A DNA stretch of 64,000 nt from Hypanus sabinus (GCF_030144855.1 NC_082731.1:23994001-24058000); one strand, 5' to 3'. Numbered from the stretch's first letter, positions 49,101 through 62,925 are shown. Translations and numbers: made by a program. Notes: generated by a model from the letters alone, not told the origin.

Positions 49101-50986
49101 AGCATTATTCTTTGGAAGATTCAAGTTTATTAACACTTACCGCCCAAGGTCTAAGAACGGAAAGCCGGACACGCTCTCCAGCCAACATGACTCCAGGGAG
49201 GACAGGTCCAGTCCAGAAACTATAACCCCCCGTCCTGCATGGTGGCCTCCCTCACCAGGGAGATCGACTCCGTGATAAAAGAAGCCCAACGAGATGACCC
49301 GAATCAAGGTATAGGACCCAAAGACCGCCTCTATGTGCCCGAACGCGTCCGATCTCAGGTCCTCCAGTGGGGTCATGCGTTTCGGTTTACCTACCTTCCT
49401 ACCACCCCGGAAGTAATCGAACTCTTGCACTCCTGAGAAGACATTTTTGGTGGCCCTCCATGGAGGCAGACATTTTGCGGCATGTTCCACTTGTGCCGGG
49501 GAAGGACTCTCCTCGGCCGCCTGTGGGATTGCTTCGTCCCCTGCCTGTTCCTGGCTGCCCATGGTCGCACATCGCACTGAATTTCGTCATAGGTTTGCCC
49601 AAATTCTCATCGTGGTATACAGATTTTCGAAGGCGGTACATTTTGTAGGCCGACCTAAACTGCACTCGGCCCAAGACACCGCTCACCGCCTTGTCCGCCA
49701 GGTCTTTCGCCTCCACGGAATCCCCACCGTCACCGAGGTCCCTAGTTCGTCTGCAAGGTGTGGAGAGCATTCTGCGGAGCCTTGGGTACATCAGTCAGCC
49801 TATCATCCGCACCCACCCCAAACCCAATGGACAGACAGAGCATATCAACCGGGACCTGGAAGCAATGTTGCGTTGCGTGACCGAAAACAACCCAGACACC
49901 TGGAGTGAATAGCTCCCGTTTGTCCAGTCCGCCCAGAACTCCCTCGTGAGTTCAGCCGTAGGAATGTCACCGTTCGAGTTGTCGCTGAGGTACCAGCCCC
50001 GTTCTTTCCCGCGCAGGTAGCAGAGATTGCAGTACAATCGGTCCGTGATCATATCGACCGTTGCCGCAAAATTTGGGAGGAGATACGTGCGGCCCAAGCC
50101 CGGTCAGTAGACCGCTACAAGTTGACAGCCAACCAACAGCGGACGCCAACACCGGACTATTAACCTGGGCAGCGGGTATGGCTGTTTTCCAAAGACATTC
50201 CGCTCAAGAATGAGCATAGAAATATCGCTCCTCGTTTCCTAGAACCGTTCCAGGTCGAAAGGGTTAACAATACTTCGGCGGTCTGAATGAAGATACCAAT
50301 TTCCCTACGCATCCACCCTACCTTCCGTGTTTCCCAAGTTAAACCAGTCTCGGTCAGCCCCTAGTATCCACCACCCGATACTCCGCCACCAGCCCGAATC
50401 ATTGACAACCATCCAGCTTAACCGTCCAACGACTATTGGATGAGCGTCGAAGGGGCAGAGTGTTTCAGTACTTGGTGGATTGGGAAGGGTATGGCCCTGT
50501 GGAGCGTTCCTGGTTTCCCTGCGCCTTTATCCTGAACCTTTCCCTCATTCATGACTATTTTTGAGACCTTCCGAACAAGCTGTGAAAGTCGCCTGGAGGC
50601 TCCCTTTGAGGAGCGGGTACTGCCATGGCCCTGGCTGGCATTTCCCAGCTTTTCCCTTTCCTCCCTAATTAGACCTTAATCCCCACATTTGATTCCCAAT
50701 CTTTACCAATTGCTCTCAATCACCAACAGCTGGTTTCCATAAGCCAATAGAGGATAAGACAGCAACAGCTCCGGTCAGCCCTTGCTGGATTGTTGGTCGA
50801 CTCTCAGAGAGAGAGAAACATTGTTCCAAGTTTTCAACCCCGTATCTCTCCGTAAACCAAGTCTCCCAGGTCCTGAATCATCGTGTTCCCGATTCCACAC
50901 TCGCTACGGAGATAGTCCGTCCTGCTTCAGCTTCCGCGTTGGAGTCCTGCACTTGCGTTCGTTTTTCCTGCAACGTCCGTGAGACG
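46160..50986 (+). mobile_element. Full-length, mutated Ty3/Gypsy chromovirus (Tf1/sushi-type) with two LTRs
   Basis: LTRs 46160-46528 and 50621-50986; 5-bp TSD CTTTC (46155-59, 50987-91); PPT before the 3' LTR; gag ORF 46592-47407; RT ([18 protein letters not shown]), RNase H, integrase, chromodomain ([11 protein letters not shown]); pol interrupted. Confidence 0.93.
46592..47407 (+). CDS. Gypsy gag ORF (retrotransposon gag domain)
   Basis: PEHYAGDLGRYKPFLLQ...KIAY...LLRGYALTCA...ESGWN-like motif; located right after the PBS. Confidence 0.8.
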   Translation: MDQMPVSLNPPHAPRAPADPSRQSGSSVPLEPATRSPRETYAPEPEHYAGDLGRYKPFLLQYSLVCEQHPQTYASDKSKIAYDMGLLRGYALTCATAIWDKQAEVCPSFPTFVSGTRKVFEQPLRGKGAARRLLTLYHGPRSLAKGTIEFLTFAADSGWNDAALREVFPQGLAGRIKDELVVKDDTGSLDVLISVVTRLGDTLRDHRRERASHPAHRVNPRPFSLPSINSPLSTLPIFLPAPSVHTVLEEEPMQLGRTLQPLKPGCRSRPP

Positions 50987-51065
50987 CTTTCTTCAGGGAT
51001 ACAGGTTTTGTTTTTACATAGAATATGTTATAGAAGCAGGAATAGGGTAATAGGATGGCCAAAGA

Positions 51066-51256
51066 NNNNNNNNNNNNNNNNNNNNNNNNNNNNNNNNNNN
51101 NNNNNNNNNNNNNNNNNNNNNNNNNNNNNNNNNNNNNNNNNNNNNNNNNNNNNNNNNNNNNNNNNNNNNNNNNNNNNNNNNNNNNNNNNNNNNNNNNNNN
51201 NNNNNNNNNNNNNNNNNNNNNNNNNNNNNNNNNNNNNNNNNNNNNNNNNNNNNNNN
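51066..51256. other. Assembly gap (191 N)
   Basis: Run of N. Confidence 1.
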
Positions 51257-52999
51257 TAGAAGGTAAGTCTATCTTTTTATCCACACTCTGGAACAGAAGG
51301 TGGAAGTAATGCACGAATGCAACATTAACCTGGGTGCCAACTGACGGAAAACAAGAGGAGGAGGAAGCAGAAGAAGTTCTGACTAATAGATTAGTTCTGC
51401 GTCCCTAACCTCTCACGGTTACTGTTTGTGAACTATTTAATCGGATACTGTATTCCTCAAATTCCTGTCTTCCATCACAATCTCCTCCAGACTATTGATA
51501 TTACTCCATATCTTCTTACACCACCTACTCTTACTGTCTCGCACCTACATTCTCCATGTAAAAGTCCGCTACGTCCAACGACCTCCCTATTATTTTGGCT
51601 TCATTTCCTGTTCATGTTGTCCTGGATGAAGGGTCAGCTGATGGAATTTTTGGTGATATTTTTTTCTCCATAAATGTTGTTTACTTTCTTCTGCTCCTCA
51701 AACGGTTTTGATTGATATATCTTCAAACATTATACTTCTCACCTGTATTATATGTGTATTTCATGTTCTATTCTCTCATAATGTTTTGCTTTTGCATTGT
51801 ACAACATTTGTAGGCATTTGTTGATTAATGCTAATTGAAATACAATAATTTTTGAGGCGAGACAAATTCGGTAAAATTACTGTCTCATCCGTAGCATGTT
51901 ACCCAGGTAAATCTGGATGTTTCTTTTTTAGTGAAAGCTATTCAGATATTTCGTTGCCGCTACACCACACACGAAGTCCAAAAGAATATGTTTTCCTTCT
52001 GCTGGCAATCTAAATAAATGCATTACAGAATCAAAAATGAATGGAATCGAGCCTTTGCAACAATATCATATTTTCAATACCCCACCGCAGTTGGAGTTAA
52101 AGGCATTACTCATCCATAACACGGAACCAGAAGAGACACAAACATATTCCCCAGAGCAGCAAAAATACTGCCCTGAAGCTATTTACAGAAGGGGAATTGG
52201 CATTGCATTATATCACGTGCATACCTGCATTCGCAGTTGGGTTGCCAGGAGAAAGCAAATGACGGTACATTTACTGGACTAGACGGGTACAAAGGGAAAA
52301 AATCTGGATGGGATTAACTCATTAGGCTGCCGTCAATGGGAATCATCTGTGAAATGCCTTGCAACGAGACATTGAAGAAGGTGGGCAGAAAGGATGAAAA
52401 CCTGTTGATTTTTACGAAACCAGTATTCCAGTTTGATGTTCAGTTTGAATAGAATTATAGAATTACTCCCTCCTCGCATAATAATAACACGCCTAGGTCT
52501 TGACCATTTAGAAAGGCAACTCTGATAACTAATATATTCTAAATTCTCGCAAAATACCAACACTGTTATTCTCGTAGAAGTGGCGTTTAAAATTGACACA
52601 TATGTCGGTGCTTTTTAATTCTGTAATGTTAGTAATATCTTAAGATTAACCCAGTTTAAAGGAAAAGTAGTAGGATGAAAATTTTAATCGAACTTCACTG
52701 TTTTTTTTTTCCTGAAGCAAGCCGAGTACGTATAACTTGGTGGAGTGATGATGAAAAATATTTATGCATTTTTACAGATAACCTGCAAATCATCAATGTA
52801 TAAAGAGCAAAGAATACTTCATTTCAAATAGAATTACAATAAATTCCAATATCACTACAAATATAAAACACAACTCTCTGCCCTGCTTTTGTTACAAACG
52901 TCAAATTCATATTGGGTTCATTTTAACCATATATAGAATGGTTATAAAATATACAACCACTGTATAGATATCCACAGCATGGCAAATTTTAAATGTTTA

Positions 53000-54180
53000 C
53001 ATTCTAAATCGGATCGGCCCAACTGATCGATGTGGAGGAATTCTTACATTTTGTGGAATAAGATCTATTCAAACAAACAGTTTCGCTGCTCTTCTCAAGT
53101 GACACTTGAGGCAGTGACAAGGTCTGATTTTATGGGAGATCCTCCGTCGTACTGTCAGTTCCCGACAGATCCTTTAACGAACGAAACTACATGATCATAC
53201 ATTTCCCAGTACTGTATTCCATCGGGCCTTTTTTTGCGCAATCTTTCTACTTGTCAAAGTCTTGCTGCAAACGCATTGCTTCCTGATCAGTACATACCTA
53301 ACGCCTATATTCCTTGCATCCGCAAAGTTTGCCAAAAGCTAGAAAATCCGTTATCCAAATCATTGACAAACGATGTGAAAAATAGGTTTCCCAGAAATAA
53401 TTGCAGGTTGAAATCACCAGACGACTCTATTTATTCCCGCCCTCAACCGACTGTCTGTCAACCATTCTGCTGTCCATGGGAGTATCTTTCTGGGAAAGCC
53501 ATGACGTTTTAGCATGCCAAGCAGCCTCATGTAGGGCATGTTACTAAACGCCTGTCAAAATACAATGCAAATAACATGCACTGTCTCTCCTTTTCCCACC
53601 CTGCTTGCTACTACCTACAGTTCTCTAATAGGTTTGCGAGGCAAGATAACCCTTCACACCATGCTGACTTTGACTTATTTTATCATTTCATTCCAAGTAC
53701 AAAATCATCCTTAATAAATATCTTTCCCACACTTTCAAACCACAAAAGTCAGCCTCACTGGTCTATCATTTCTGTTCGTTTGCCTTCTCTCCTCCTTAAA
53801 TCGTAGAGTGTAAGTTGCAATACTTTAGTCCTGAGTGAGCATGCTAGAAAAGGGTGATCCTTGCCACATCTTGACCAATTCATCTGTTATCTCTGCAGAA
53901 ACAACTCTTTGGACACTAAGATGTAGTTACTTTTGTTGGGACACTTATCCACCTGAAAACGTTGAGTTTACGGAACACTGTTCCCTTTGTAATGTCAATA
54001 GCCCTCGCTCTTGCCTCCTGAGGCTCACTGGATTCTGGCACAGTTCTACTGTATCCCACAGAACAGACAAAGGCAAAGTATCTTATTGCGTCCATCTGCC
54101 ACTGCTTGGCTACATTCCCATTACCACCTTAACAGCATGATTTTACAGTCGTACAATATTAATACTCACCTTTCCTTTAC
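53000..54180 (-). mobile_element. Old degraded CR1 ORF2 fragment
   Basis: Nucleotide resemblance to the other CR1 copies; no long ORF. Confidence 0.45.
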
Positions 54181-54499
54181 TAATAATTGAAAATACACGT
54201 GGACTAAGATGTTAACAATCCTGTGCTATTATGGGTGGGATCATCAGTTGATCTGCCACCAGCCCTCAGGAGTTTCGGACCGCTTATTATCAAGACTCCC
54301 TCGAGGTGGTGGGCCAGCAGTGCTAAAACACCACTTCCCACTGATGAGCCTAAAAATTTGGTATCGACCTCTATCAGATTTGTCGGTCTCTTCCATCCAA
54401 CAGGTTGACTACACTTCAGGTATTTATTTAGCTACTAAGGAGAATACAAAAGATACACACACTATCCGACTATCTGCCCATCTGGCCGTACTTAGTCCA

Positions 54500-56110
54500 C
54501 ACCCATACCCATAATGACCCTACCACTGCTGCCTCAGCTACAGCCCTGCTGGTTGACCTGATCTGTCTTCTAGTGAAGCCAAGGTCACAGAACCACTTCT
54601 GGAAAGTGAACGCAATATAGCCATGGCACCCTGCTTAGAATGGATAGCCTGAGACCTTCCACCCTCTGTCTCTGCACTTTGAACTTAATTCTGCCTACTT
54701 GGTTAACATGCGCTCATGGGCTTCATCGATGTTGACTTTCCAGAGGACTGTTAGTTCACCAATAACCACTCCTCTGCTGGTGTCAGACACGCGATTATAT
54801 CTTGATGCAATGTGGTGAAAACTATTTACTCCAGGAAACTTCATTTCCCATCCAGTTCGGCCTTGGCACACCAATCATTGGCTGAAAAAAAGTATGCTTC
54901 ATCGTGGACCTGCGCTGTACAACCTTGATTGGAGCCTTCTTTCACAAATGATATGCGATGTTCTGTGCAGTATAGGGCATGAGATAAGTTCTGCTGCAGT
55001 ACTCTTTGCCCAACCGCTTCTGATACAAATTTGAGAACGTTGTTATGTCTCCAAGTGTACATGCCGCTTGAAAGATTGGCTCTGCATGCACTCAAAATAT
55101 GCTGAAGTGTTCCCTTCTCGCCACAAGCAGCACACTTGTCTGTTTTATCTTCATACCAGGTGCTGAGGTTGGCAGGTATTGGAAGCAGGTCATTCACTGC
55201 TCTCTATAGGAAAGAAATGCGGAGCGGTTCCATCTGCCACAGGAGATTCCAAGACAGATGTCGTTGTTCAACACTTTTCCACCAAGTTCAAGCCCATTGT
55301 TTGTTAGGCTAGGTGCTTTAGCTAACCTCTTCTTCTCTTCTACCGTTCGTATTTCATGAATTACAAGCTCAAGACGCTCCTTACCTCTAGAAGATTAAAA
55401 CACTTGAGAGTTGTCCATCCAATTCCCTGGTAGCCCCAACCGTCTCCTTGTTCTTCAGTCTGGACTCTCCCTCATCAACTGCTGCCCGGGGTGACCGCTT
55501 GCTGCCTGATATTACATCCGGCTGGATGTTCTTGATGACAGAATCTTTTTGCGTCTCGAAACATCAATAATTTTCCACCTTGGCTACCTTGACCTCTTCA
55601 ACTAGGGATAGCACTGGGAACATAGATTTGTCTGGCTACTGTGGATTGCAATAATAGTGAGGCTGCTCGGTACTCCAAGCCTCTTCTTCACATAAGTGTT
55701 GATCTTTCGTTCCATTACCTCAGCATGGGACATTGCCACTTCATAGACAGTTACTGGCCACATTATCCGAGGCATCAGTCCGTAATGCAAGAACCACATT
55801 TTCAAACTTGCCAGGCAAGTCATACTTGTCGACAGACATCAGACCTCTGTTGCTCTATTCTCCTGTCTCTTGAACTCTCTTGGTTTCTCTCAGCTCCACT
55901 ACGTACCATTGCCCGAGGCTCTTACCTGGCGGGTCCTGAATGGATGGAATCTCCTCTCCACAAAGGGCGAAATGAAAGTCAAACAGCTTTCCTCTCCTAT
56001 GAACAAGATTCCTTGACTTGTTGGCATTGCACAGATTCAGTTTATTATTATTTAAAAACCACAAATGCAATGCGGTTAAAAAAATGAGGCAACGTTCCTC
56101 CAGAATATCA
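54500..56110 (-). mobile_element. HERO-like (R2-superfamily, restriction-like endonuclease) non-LTR element, 3' part
   Basis: DLLPIPANLSTWY...KCAACGEKGTLQHILSAC...YTWRHNNVL (CCHC + RHN motif); LMPRIMWPVTVYEV...KKRLGVP RT thumb. Confidence 0.75.
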
Positions 56111-56939
56111 ACAAAGCTCATGACAGAATAGACTACACCGGAAAATCAATGTAACGTTTGGCAATCCACAATCCAGAGTTCGGAGAGGCTGCTGTGTTTT
56201 AATATCGCGCTACTATCCTAGCACGTTTCCCGGAAAGGAGTTCCAACCCCATCAGTCAAACAAGAACAAAAGCTAAAGCTAGAGAACTGCACAAAACCAC
56301 ATAGCTACAGCATGTAGTTACAACAGTGCAAACAATAGCATAATTTGATTAAAGAGACATGGGCAGAGTTAAAATAGTCCAAAAATTTTAAATGTTCGAA
56401 AGAAACCACCACACAATTTCCATAAGTTATCAAGGTCCCGATAGACTAGTCATTCCCCGCCGGCGACAGAAAGGAATAGCCCCGCCATGGACTTCCACGG
56501 CGCTGCCCGTATCAGCCTCGCAGGTGTAGCACACAAGGAAAGCTCCGTCGAACCCAGCCTCGCAGATATAGCACACACTGAAAGCGACCTGACCGCAGTG
56601 GACTCCGAATGCGTCGAACCTCCGAGTCTCCCACCATCACCCCCGGCGCAGCTTCTTCGAACACGATCCTGCGCTGAGCGTATTAAGACGCCCCCGCCAA
56701 CGGCCATCGGCAACGCGACCCCGAGGACTGGGAGACTGTTCTTCTCAGCAGAGACCCGGACCTCCCAGCAGCAGGAGCGACGAAGAAGTACTTCCTGGAT
56801 ATTTCCAGATGTTCCTCCCTGCTTCCACATCAGTTCTTCGTCATGTTTGGATTATCCAAGGCAGTCTGCTTGACAGATAACAGATATCATTTCCGGAGAA
56901 GCCGCTGAAGACTGCGTCGCGCCACCATCTTGAAATTTA

Positions 56940-58080
56940 TTATGCAAATGATCTTACTACGTCCATCTGCCACGGCTTTGCAACATTCCCATTACCAACT
57001 TAACTGCATGATTTTCAATAGTACAATATCAAAACCTCTCTTTTACTCTTAACTTGCTTAAGTATGAAAAAATCTTCTGGTATCATGCATTATACTATTA
57101 GCAGGTCTGCCCTTATATTTCATCTCCCTTTTTTTCGCAACATACAGTTTTGTTTTTTTTTGTTGCCTTTCGTTGGATACTGAAATCTTCTCAATAATCC
57201 GAGCTCGCGCTTTGTTCAGCTACATTATATACACTTCCCTTATCCTGTGTGCATTCCTTAATTTGTTTCCTCTGTCACGGTTAGCTCCACCGGCCATTCG
57301 AGAAAAGTGAATTTTGCTAGTTTGAATTTTTCCTCTGTGGTCTAATTTAACGTTTCGTTCTGCGGGCATATGTCACCAAACGTTGCCGTGTCCTGCCTTA
57401 AATTTATATTTCACCCACAATCCACTTGTAAACCATCCGGCTCATCCTCAGCCCTATTGTACTTCCTTATTATCCTCAACCACTCCCAACTGCTCTAGAA
57501 ATTCAGCCTGCAAGAATATTTATCCTTTTCGGTCTCAGTTAAAACGCGCCCTATGTATAGCACCCACCCTACCAAGAATATTAAACAATTATCCACATAT
57601 CTGAATCATTACCCCGTGCCCTAATTATTGTGGCATGCATTTATCTGTTATCTCTTTCCATTCCTGTCCTCACTATTGCGTGAATCATGCAGGAATCCCA
57701 TTATTACCTATGAGTTCCTGCTTCTCAGATGCAATCCTAACTGCCAGTATTATATTTTTAGTTCAGTTTCTCCTACCTTTTTCTTTCTATGTCATTGGTA
57801 GCAATATGCACCATGACTTCTGGCTGCACACCATCCCCTTTCAGGATATTGTGGACGACCCATAAACATCTCTCCCTGACACCTGCGAAGCAAACTACCA
57901 TCCATTGTTCCTTTTCTGTCCAGTAATTTCCTATCTGTCTCTCTGACTATAGAGTCCCCTATTTCTGCTGCCATCCTCCTCAGTTCCCTACCCTTCTGAG
58001 ACACATAGTCGTACAGTGACAGAGGCGCGCACGTCATTGCTTCCCCCAGCGAGTAGAAAATCCAAACAGTTTACTGTGGA
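56940..58080 (-). mobile_element. Degraded CR1 ORF1/endonuclease fragment
   Basis: EIGDSIVRETDRK esterase motif; similar to the 54.06-54.17 kb remnant. Confidence 0.55.
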
Positions 58081-61000
58081 CGCGTCAGCCACAGGATCAC
58101 AATAAACTATTAAGTATGTTCTGTTCCCTCTCCTAACAGAGATACATCTATTTATTCTCCTGTGTTATTGGAGTGACGGACGCCGTATGCTTCGCGTTCC
58201 CTTCAAAGGTCCCTGTCCCTGTGACACTCTGGTCATGATCAGATTTTTAAATCAACAACCCGCAGTGTATTGTTGCTGCGTTTTCTGCAGGCTTTCCATT
58301 TAAACAAATGTTTTTGTTGTATGTGTGTCACAACGGATACACGATCTGTTGGGACCGGCTGGCCTCAGTCCAGACGTTGTATTTTTGAATATGCTCACTG
58401 TAATTTTTGGCTAATTATACTAATCTGATAATGAAACCCGTCAGCTTCGTACAGCAAAGGAGGTTCCGCTATTGGACAGTTCAGTGTACACCTGTCCAGC
58501 GGACATGCATTGGAGGAAGGAATGCAAATCTTGTGTTGCCTTGTGGTCAGGTTCCGACTGCTGGCATTAGGGGGTAAACCCAAGGAAATTGAACAAAACA
58601 TGTGATACCAACTTGGCTGAAGAAGTTGCTGGAAGGACGTTAAGTGACGACCAGCCGTCTCTGCTGCTCCCCTGCAGATTTTCTGTCTGCATTTACTCCT
58701 GCAGCCTTCCGCTCTCTAGAGCCTCCTGACAACTCAATGGGGAGAGTTTCCCATAGCTGCGGATCTTATTCTGGCTGACAAGAGCATGCCTATTCCTGTT
58801 CATTGTGGATCAGGGAAAATCTGAACAATTTTCATTTCCATTGTCTCGTCAGCGAAGAAGCACCACGCGAAGCTTTTAGTTGGTCAGTCTGTGTACCGGT
58901 AGGAAGAGACTTGCGTGTTCATCTCTGCTTTTTTCGAGGCTGATGGGCCGTGGCGGTAAGTGAAAGCGAGAATGACTAGCATTGGCCACAATACCATAAC
59001 ACAAGACGCGTCGCTACAACCATTGACAGACATATACGGATAGCTCTACCATAGATTACGCTTCTATCTTTAAATCTCCCAACCTTAGTATCTAATAATG
59101 ATACACATGAAATTTATATTTGAATTGAACGGCCCGAATGAGATATGCCCTTCCGTATTTGTTCGATAATGGATTGCACACTGTATTTTTGGTTCCTGAT
59201 CCGCTGGGATGCTTTGTCTCATCCGCTTGGAGCCACAACCTTTGCAGGATTGTTATTTTCATGAATACAACATTGTAATTCAAAACGCTGCCAGCGACCC
59301 ATCAGATTCTCTGGCAATCTGCGGCTTGTGCCCTTCAGAATAGGACTGGAGATGGAATTATATTTCGCCACTTTATCTGAGCTGTATTTTGATATCTGTG
59401 CACACAACGTAAAGAATTTCCATACAACGGTAAACTGCAAAGCTATGTCAGAACGTGAAATCTCTCATATGTATAAATATCTATTGACAGAATGAACCAA
59501 AATAAATAATATCTTCCAGAATATCACATCCGAAAGGGGAACAAAAGCAGTTCCTTGTTTTTCTCTGTCATCCTGAATGCAATGTATCATTGGACTCCAA
59601 ACCTATACGAATATTTCCAGTCGAAATGCACACACTGAACTGGAAACTATTTATAGGGAAATGAGACCGTGATACAAATTGACCATAGAAGCAGCGTTTT
59701 ACTTTTCCTCCAGCATGAACGCCATGTCGAGGGTTTCTTGTTTGTTTTGGAGGGAAGAAATCGAACGATTAATTTCAGACACTGCGATGCTCCTGGAAAA
59801 TGTTACCACGAAGTAATAAATACTTCGATGGAGAAAGACTTTCGCTGTTGAGCAGTATGTGAATTTCAAACACACGAACCTACATCAGATATGCTATCGA
59901 TGACCGTTATCTCTCTTGTACTCTCTCGGACTCTCTTCTCCTGTTCAATACATCTTTCTTTCACAGCATTGGTTATTAGTTTGATGATTATGACCGTTAT
60001 ATATTTTTAATAAATCATACAGGAGAATAGTGAAACACTGAAACGCACTGTGCCCCATGCATAATTTCATACTTCTCAGCTATGCTCACCTTCCTTCCGT
60101 AATGCACATTCTGAGAAAAGACGGGGAGAAACATCTATTTTCTTTGTATTTATATCTGGAAGTTATTTCTCATACCGCCAGTCATTTACGTCATGCAGAA
60201 TGTTTGGTGAACAATGTGCAACAATAAGCATTGTTTTCTATCTGTCCTTATCGAGACAGCGTGTGTTATTAGGAATTATTATATTAAAGGAAATAGTATA
60301 TATTATTGCATTAGCAGATATCCCGCTTTCTCCGGATTAGTGATCCACTCTGCTTCCCTTATTCACTATTCCAGCAGCACTGAATCTGAATCCTACCATT
60401 TTCCTTCGTTGAGGAAAATCATATTCGACTACAGTTTTCCAGTGTTGTGATCACTAAAAATGGGACATTGTTACTAACGCGAACAAAACCACTGTTCAAC
60501 CTCTTATGACTTCAGCATCTATCTCCGCTATGAAACAACGTTCGTGCAACTCGATGTCTCCAACGAATTCATGGGTGTTTACTATTTGGTCGAAAACTTT
60601 AAACTCTGCCGACATGCCGCCTGAAGCTGTTATTAAAGGCTTGTTCTGTAATGGGTTCGAAGGGCTTTCTCTCAAATGCAACCGACACATTTGCAAGTTT
60701 TTTTTTTAATTCAAAATATGCTTTTCTCTGCTTTTCTGTACCATGGTCTTGCATTCGCTTCGCTTAGCATGTGAATTTCAGCGAATGATTGTGATGGTCA
60801 GTTTCAATAGTTTGCTGACGGCAACTCCTTCTTCCTTTTTGCTGAACTGACAGTTCATGGTACACATTCCTTGCATTCGCTTCTACCTCCTAACTAAGAT
60901 TCATAAAGAGGCCTGTCCATGGAGACCCATTGTCTCAGCTTGTTCCTCCCCTAACGGTCATCTTTTTGCATTTCTCAACACTCTTTTATTCCCCTTGTTC

Positions 61001-62459
61001 AATTTCCTTCCCACCTACGTTCGCTACTCTTCTCATGCTCTGGATTTTTTCAATGATTTCTAGATACTCTGAGCACCATTGTCTTGTTTACATTATAGAT
61101 GTCCAGTCCCTACATACCTCCACCCCTCACCAGGAAGAGTACAAACCGCTCTGTTTCTTTTTGGGATCCAGACGCAACCAGTTCACGACTGCCACTACTC
61201 TCCTCCGTCAAGCGTAATTTGTCTTTATTTTTAATAGATTTCCTTCGGCTCCTCCTACTTCATTCAAACTAAACGTGTAATTATGTTCACCCGTATGGGT
61301 CCCAGCTTAGGCTGCCATTTTGTTGGCTGTGTGTAGCAGTCAATGTTCCAAGCCTATAATGGTATCCGTCCCCCACATTTCCTTTGCTACTTAGACGACT
61401 GTATTGGTGCAGTATCGTGCACGTATTCTGAGCTGAGAAGACTTCATCAACTTTGTCTCCAACTTCCACCCTACCCTCAAATTTACCTGGTCCATTTCGA
61501 ACACCTACTTCCCCTTCCCTGATCTCTCTCGGTCTCTATATCTGGAGACAGCTTATCTACTGATGAATACTATAAGCCCACGGACTCTCACAGTTAGCTG
61601 GACCATTCCGCTTCTCACACTGTTACTTGTAATAATGCCATCCTCTTTTCCGAATCCATCCGTCTCTGCGGAATATGCTCTCAGAATGCGGCACTTCATT
61701 GTAAGGCGAAGGAGCAGTTTTCTTAGTTTGTTAAAGAAAGGGGCTTCCGTTCTCCCATCATCCATTCTGTCCTCAATGGCATCTCTCCCACTTCACGCAT
61801 ATCTGCTCTCATCACATTCTCCCTCCATCCCACTAGTGATTGGGTTCCTTTTTTTCCGCAACTAAAACCCCACCAGCCTCCATGTCCAACGTATAATTCT
61901 CCGCAATTTCCTCCATCTACAACGGGTTCCGACCACCAAGCACATATTACCCTTGCCCCAGCTATCAGAATTCCGCAAGTATCTCTCTCGACGCTACTCC
62001 CTTGTACATTCGCCCACACCCATCTTTTCCCACCGATCGCCCTCGTGGCACTTATCCTTGTAATGGGGACAAGTGCTGCACCTGCACTTAAATTTCCTCC
62101 CTCTCTACTATTCGAAGCCCTATGCAGCCCTTCCAGGTGAGGCGCCACTTCACTGTGAATCTGCTGGTGTGATATTCTGTGCCCGGTGTTCCCGTGTGAC
62201 GTTCTATATATTGGTGAGACCTGACGCTGATTGGCAGATCGCTTCACTGAACACCTACGGTCTGTCGGCGAGAGGGCGCAGGATCAGCAATGTCACATCC
62301 ATATTCCGATATGTGAATCCATAGCCACTTCTACTGTAAACATGAAGCCATACTCAGTTTGAAGGAACAACACCTTATATTCTGTCTCCAACCTGACGGC
62401 ATGGACATAGAATTCTCTAAAGTCCGTTAATGACCCTCTTCCACTTCTTACCCGATTCC

Positions 62460-62610
62460 GATTCATTAATCAATTAATCAATCAATTAATTAATTATTTT
62501 CCCGATTCACCCATTCATATATCCATTCATTAATTTACTTATTCATTCATCTGTTTTTAGTTTGTCTGTTTATCTTATGTATCGTTTTATCTATCTAATT
62601 ATAATTTTAG

Positions 62611-62645
<35 letters not shown>

Positions 62646-62670
62646 ATTATTTGCTTGCTTGCTTGCTTAT
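62460..62670 (+). repeat. Low-complexity tract with (ATCT)n and (GCTT)n
   Basis: Direct reading; sits between the Penelope ORF end and the pLTR. Confidence 0.8.
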
Positions 62671-62925
62671 CCTCCCCTGTCTCCCCTCTTTCTCTCTCAG
62701 AATAACTACTTGACTGTGCTCCATTTTCCTTTGGTGCTCCCATCCGCCTTTTTTTTCTTTCAAGTCGTTCCGTTCCATGATACTCGCACTTCTCCAGCCT
62801 TGTACCACTTTTGCCAATCAACTTCTCAGGGCTTGGCTTCATCCCACCCTAGCAAGTCTTATCCTATCATTTCGGGTCTCTCCCTTCCCCTCCCACTTAA
62901 AAATCTCTTACGATTTCATTATACC

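Larger units (their letters stand above)
45470..51378 (+). mobile_element. Nimb/I-clade LINE 3' part (RNase H + CCHC zinc finger), split by the Gypsy insertion at 46160-50986
   Basis: WVPAHVEVKGNEMVDELAKRA RNase H; LSLGHC...CAECQEEESVDHVILSCRKY; sequence resumes after the TSD and ends in a (GAA/GAG)n tail. Confidence 0.7.

Noticed and set aside
52040-52620. Motifs YWFRK and SGQYFC reminiscent of NAR V
   Set aside because: Wrong spacing and frames, stops, no RSS
56450-56930. GC-rich overlapping ORFs (126 and 128 aa)
   Set aside because: No recognisable protein family; more likely a repeat 5' region than a host gene
59040-59460. Second possible V relic (LQCC...KHPSGSG...LGDLKIE)
   Set aside because: Needs several assumed frameshifts; no RSS found
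60046-60052. Perfect CACAGTG heptamer on the minus strand
   Set aside because: No nonamer at either spacing and no adjacent coding segment
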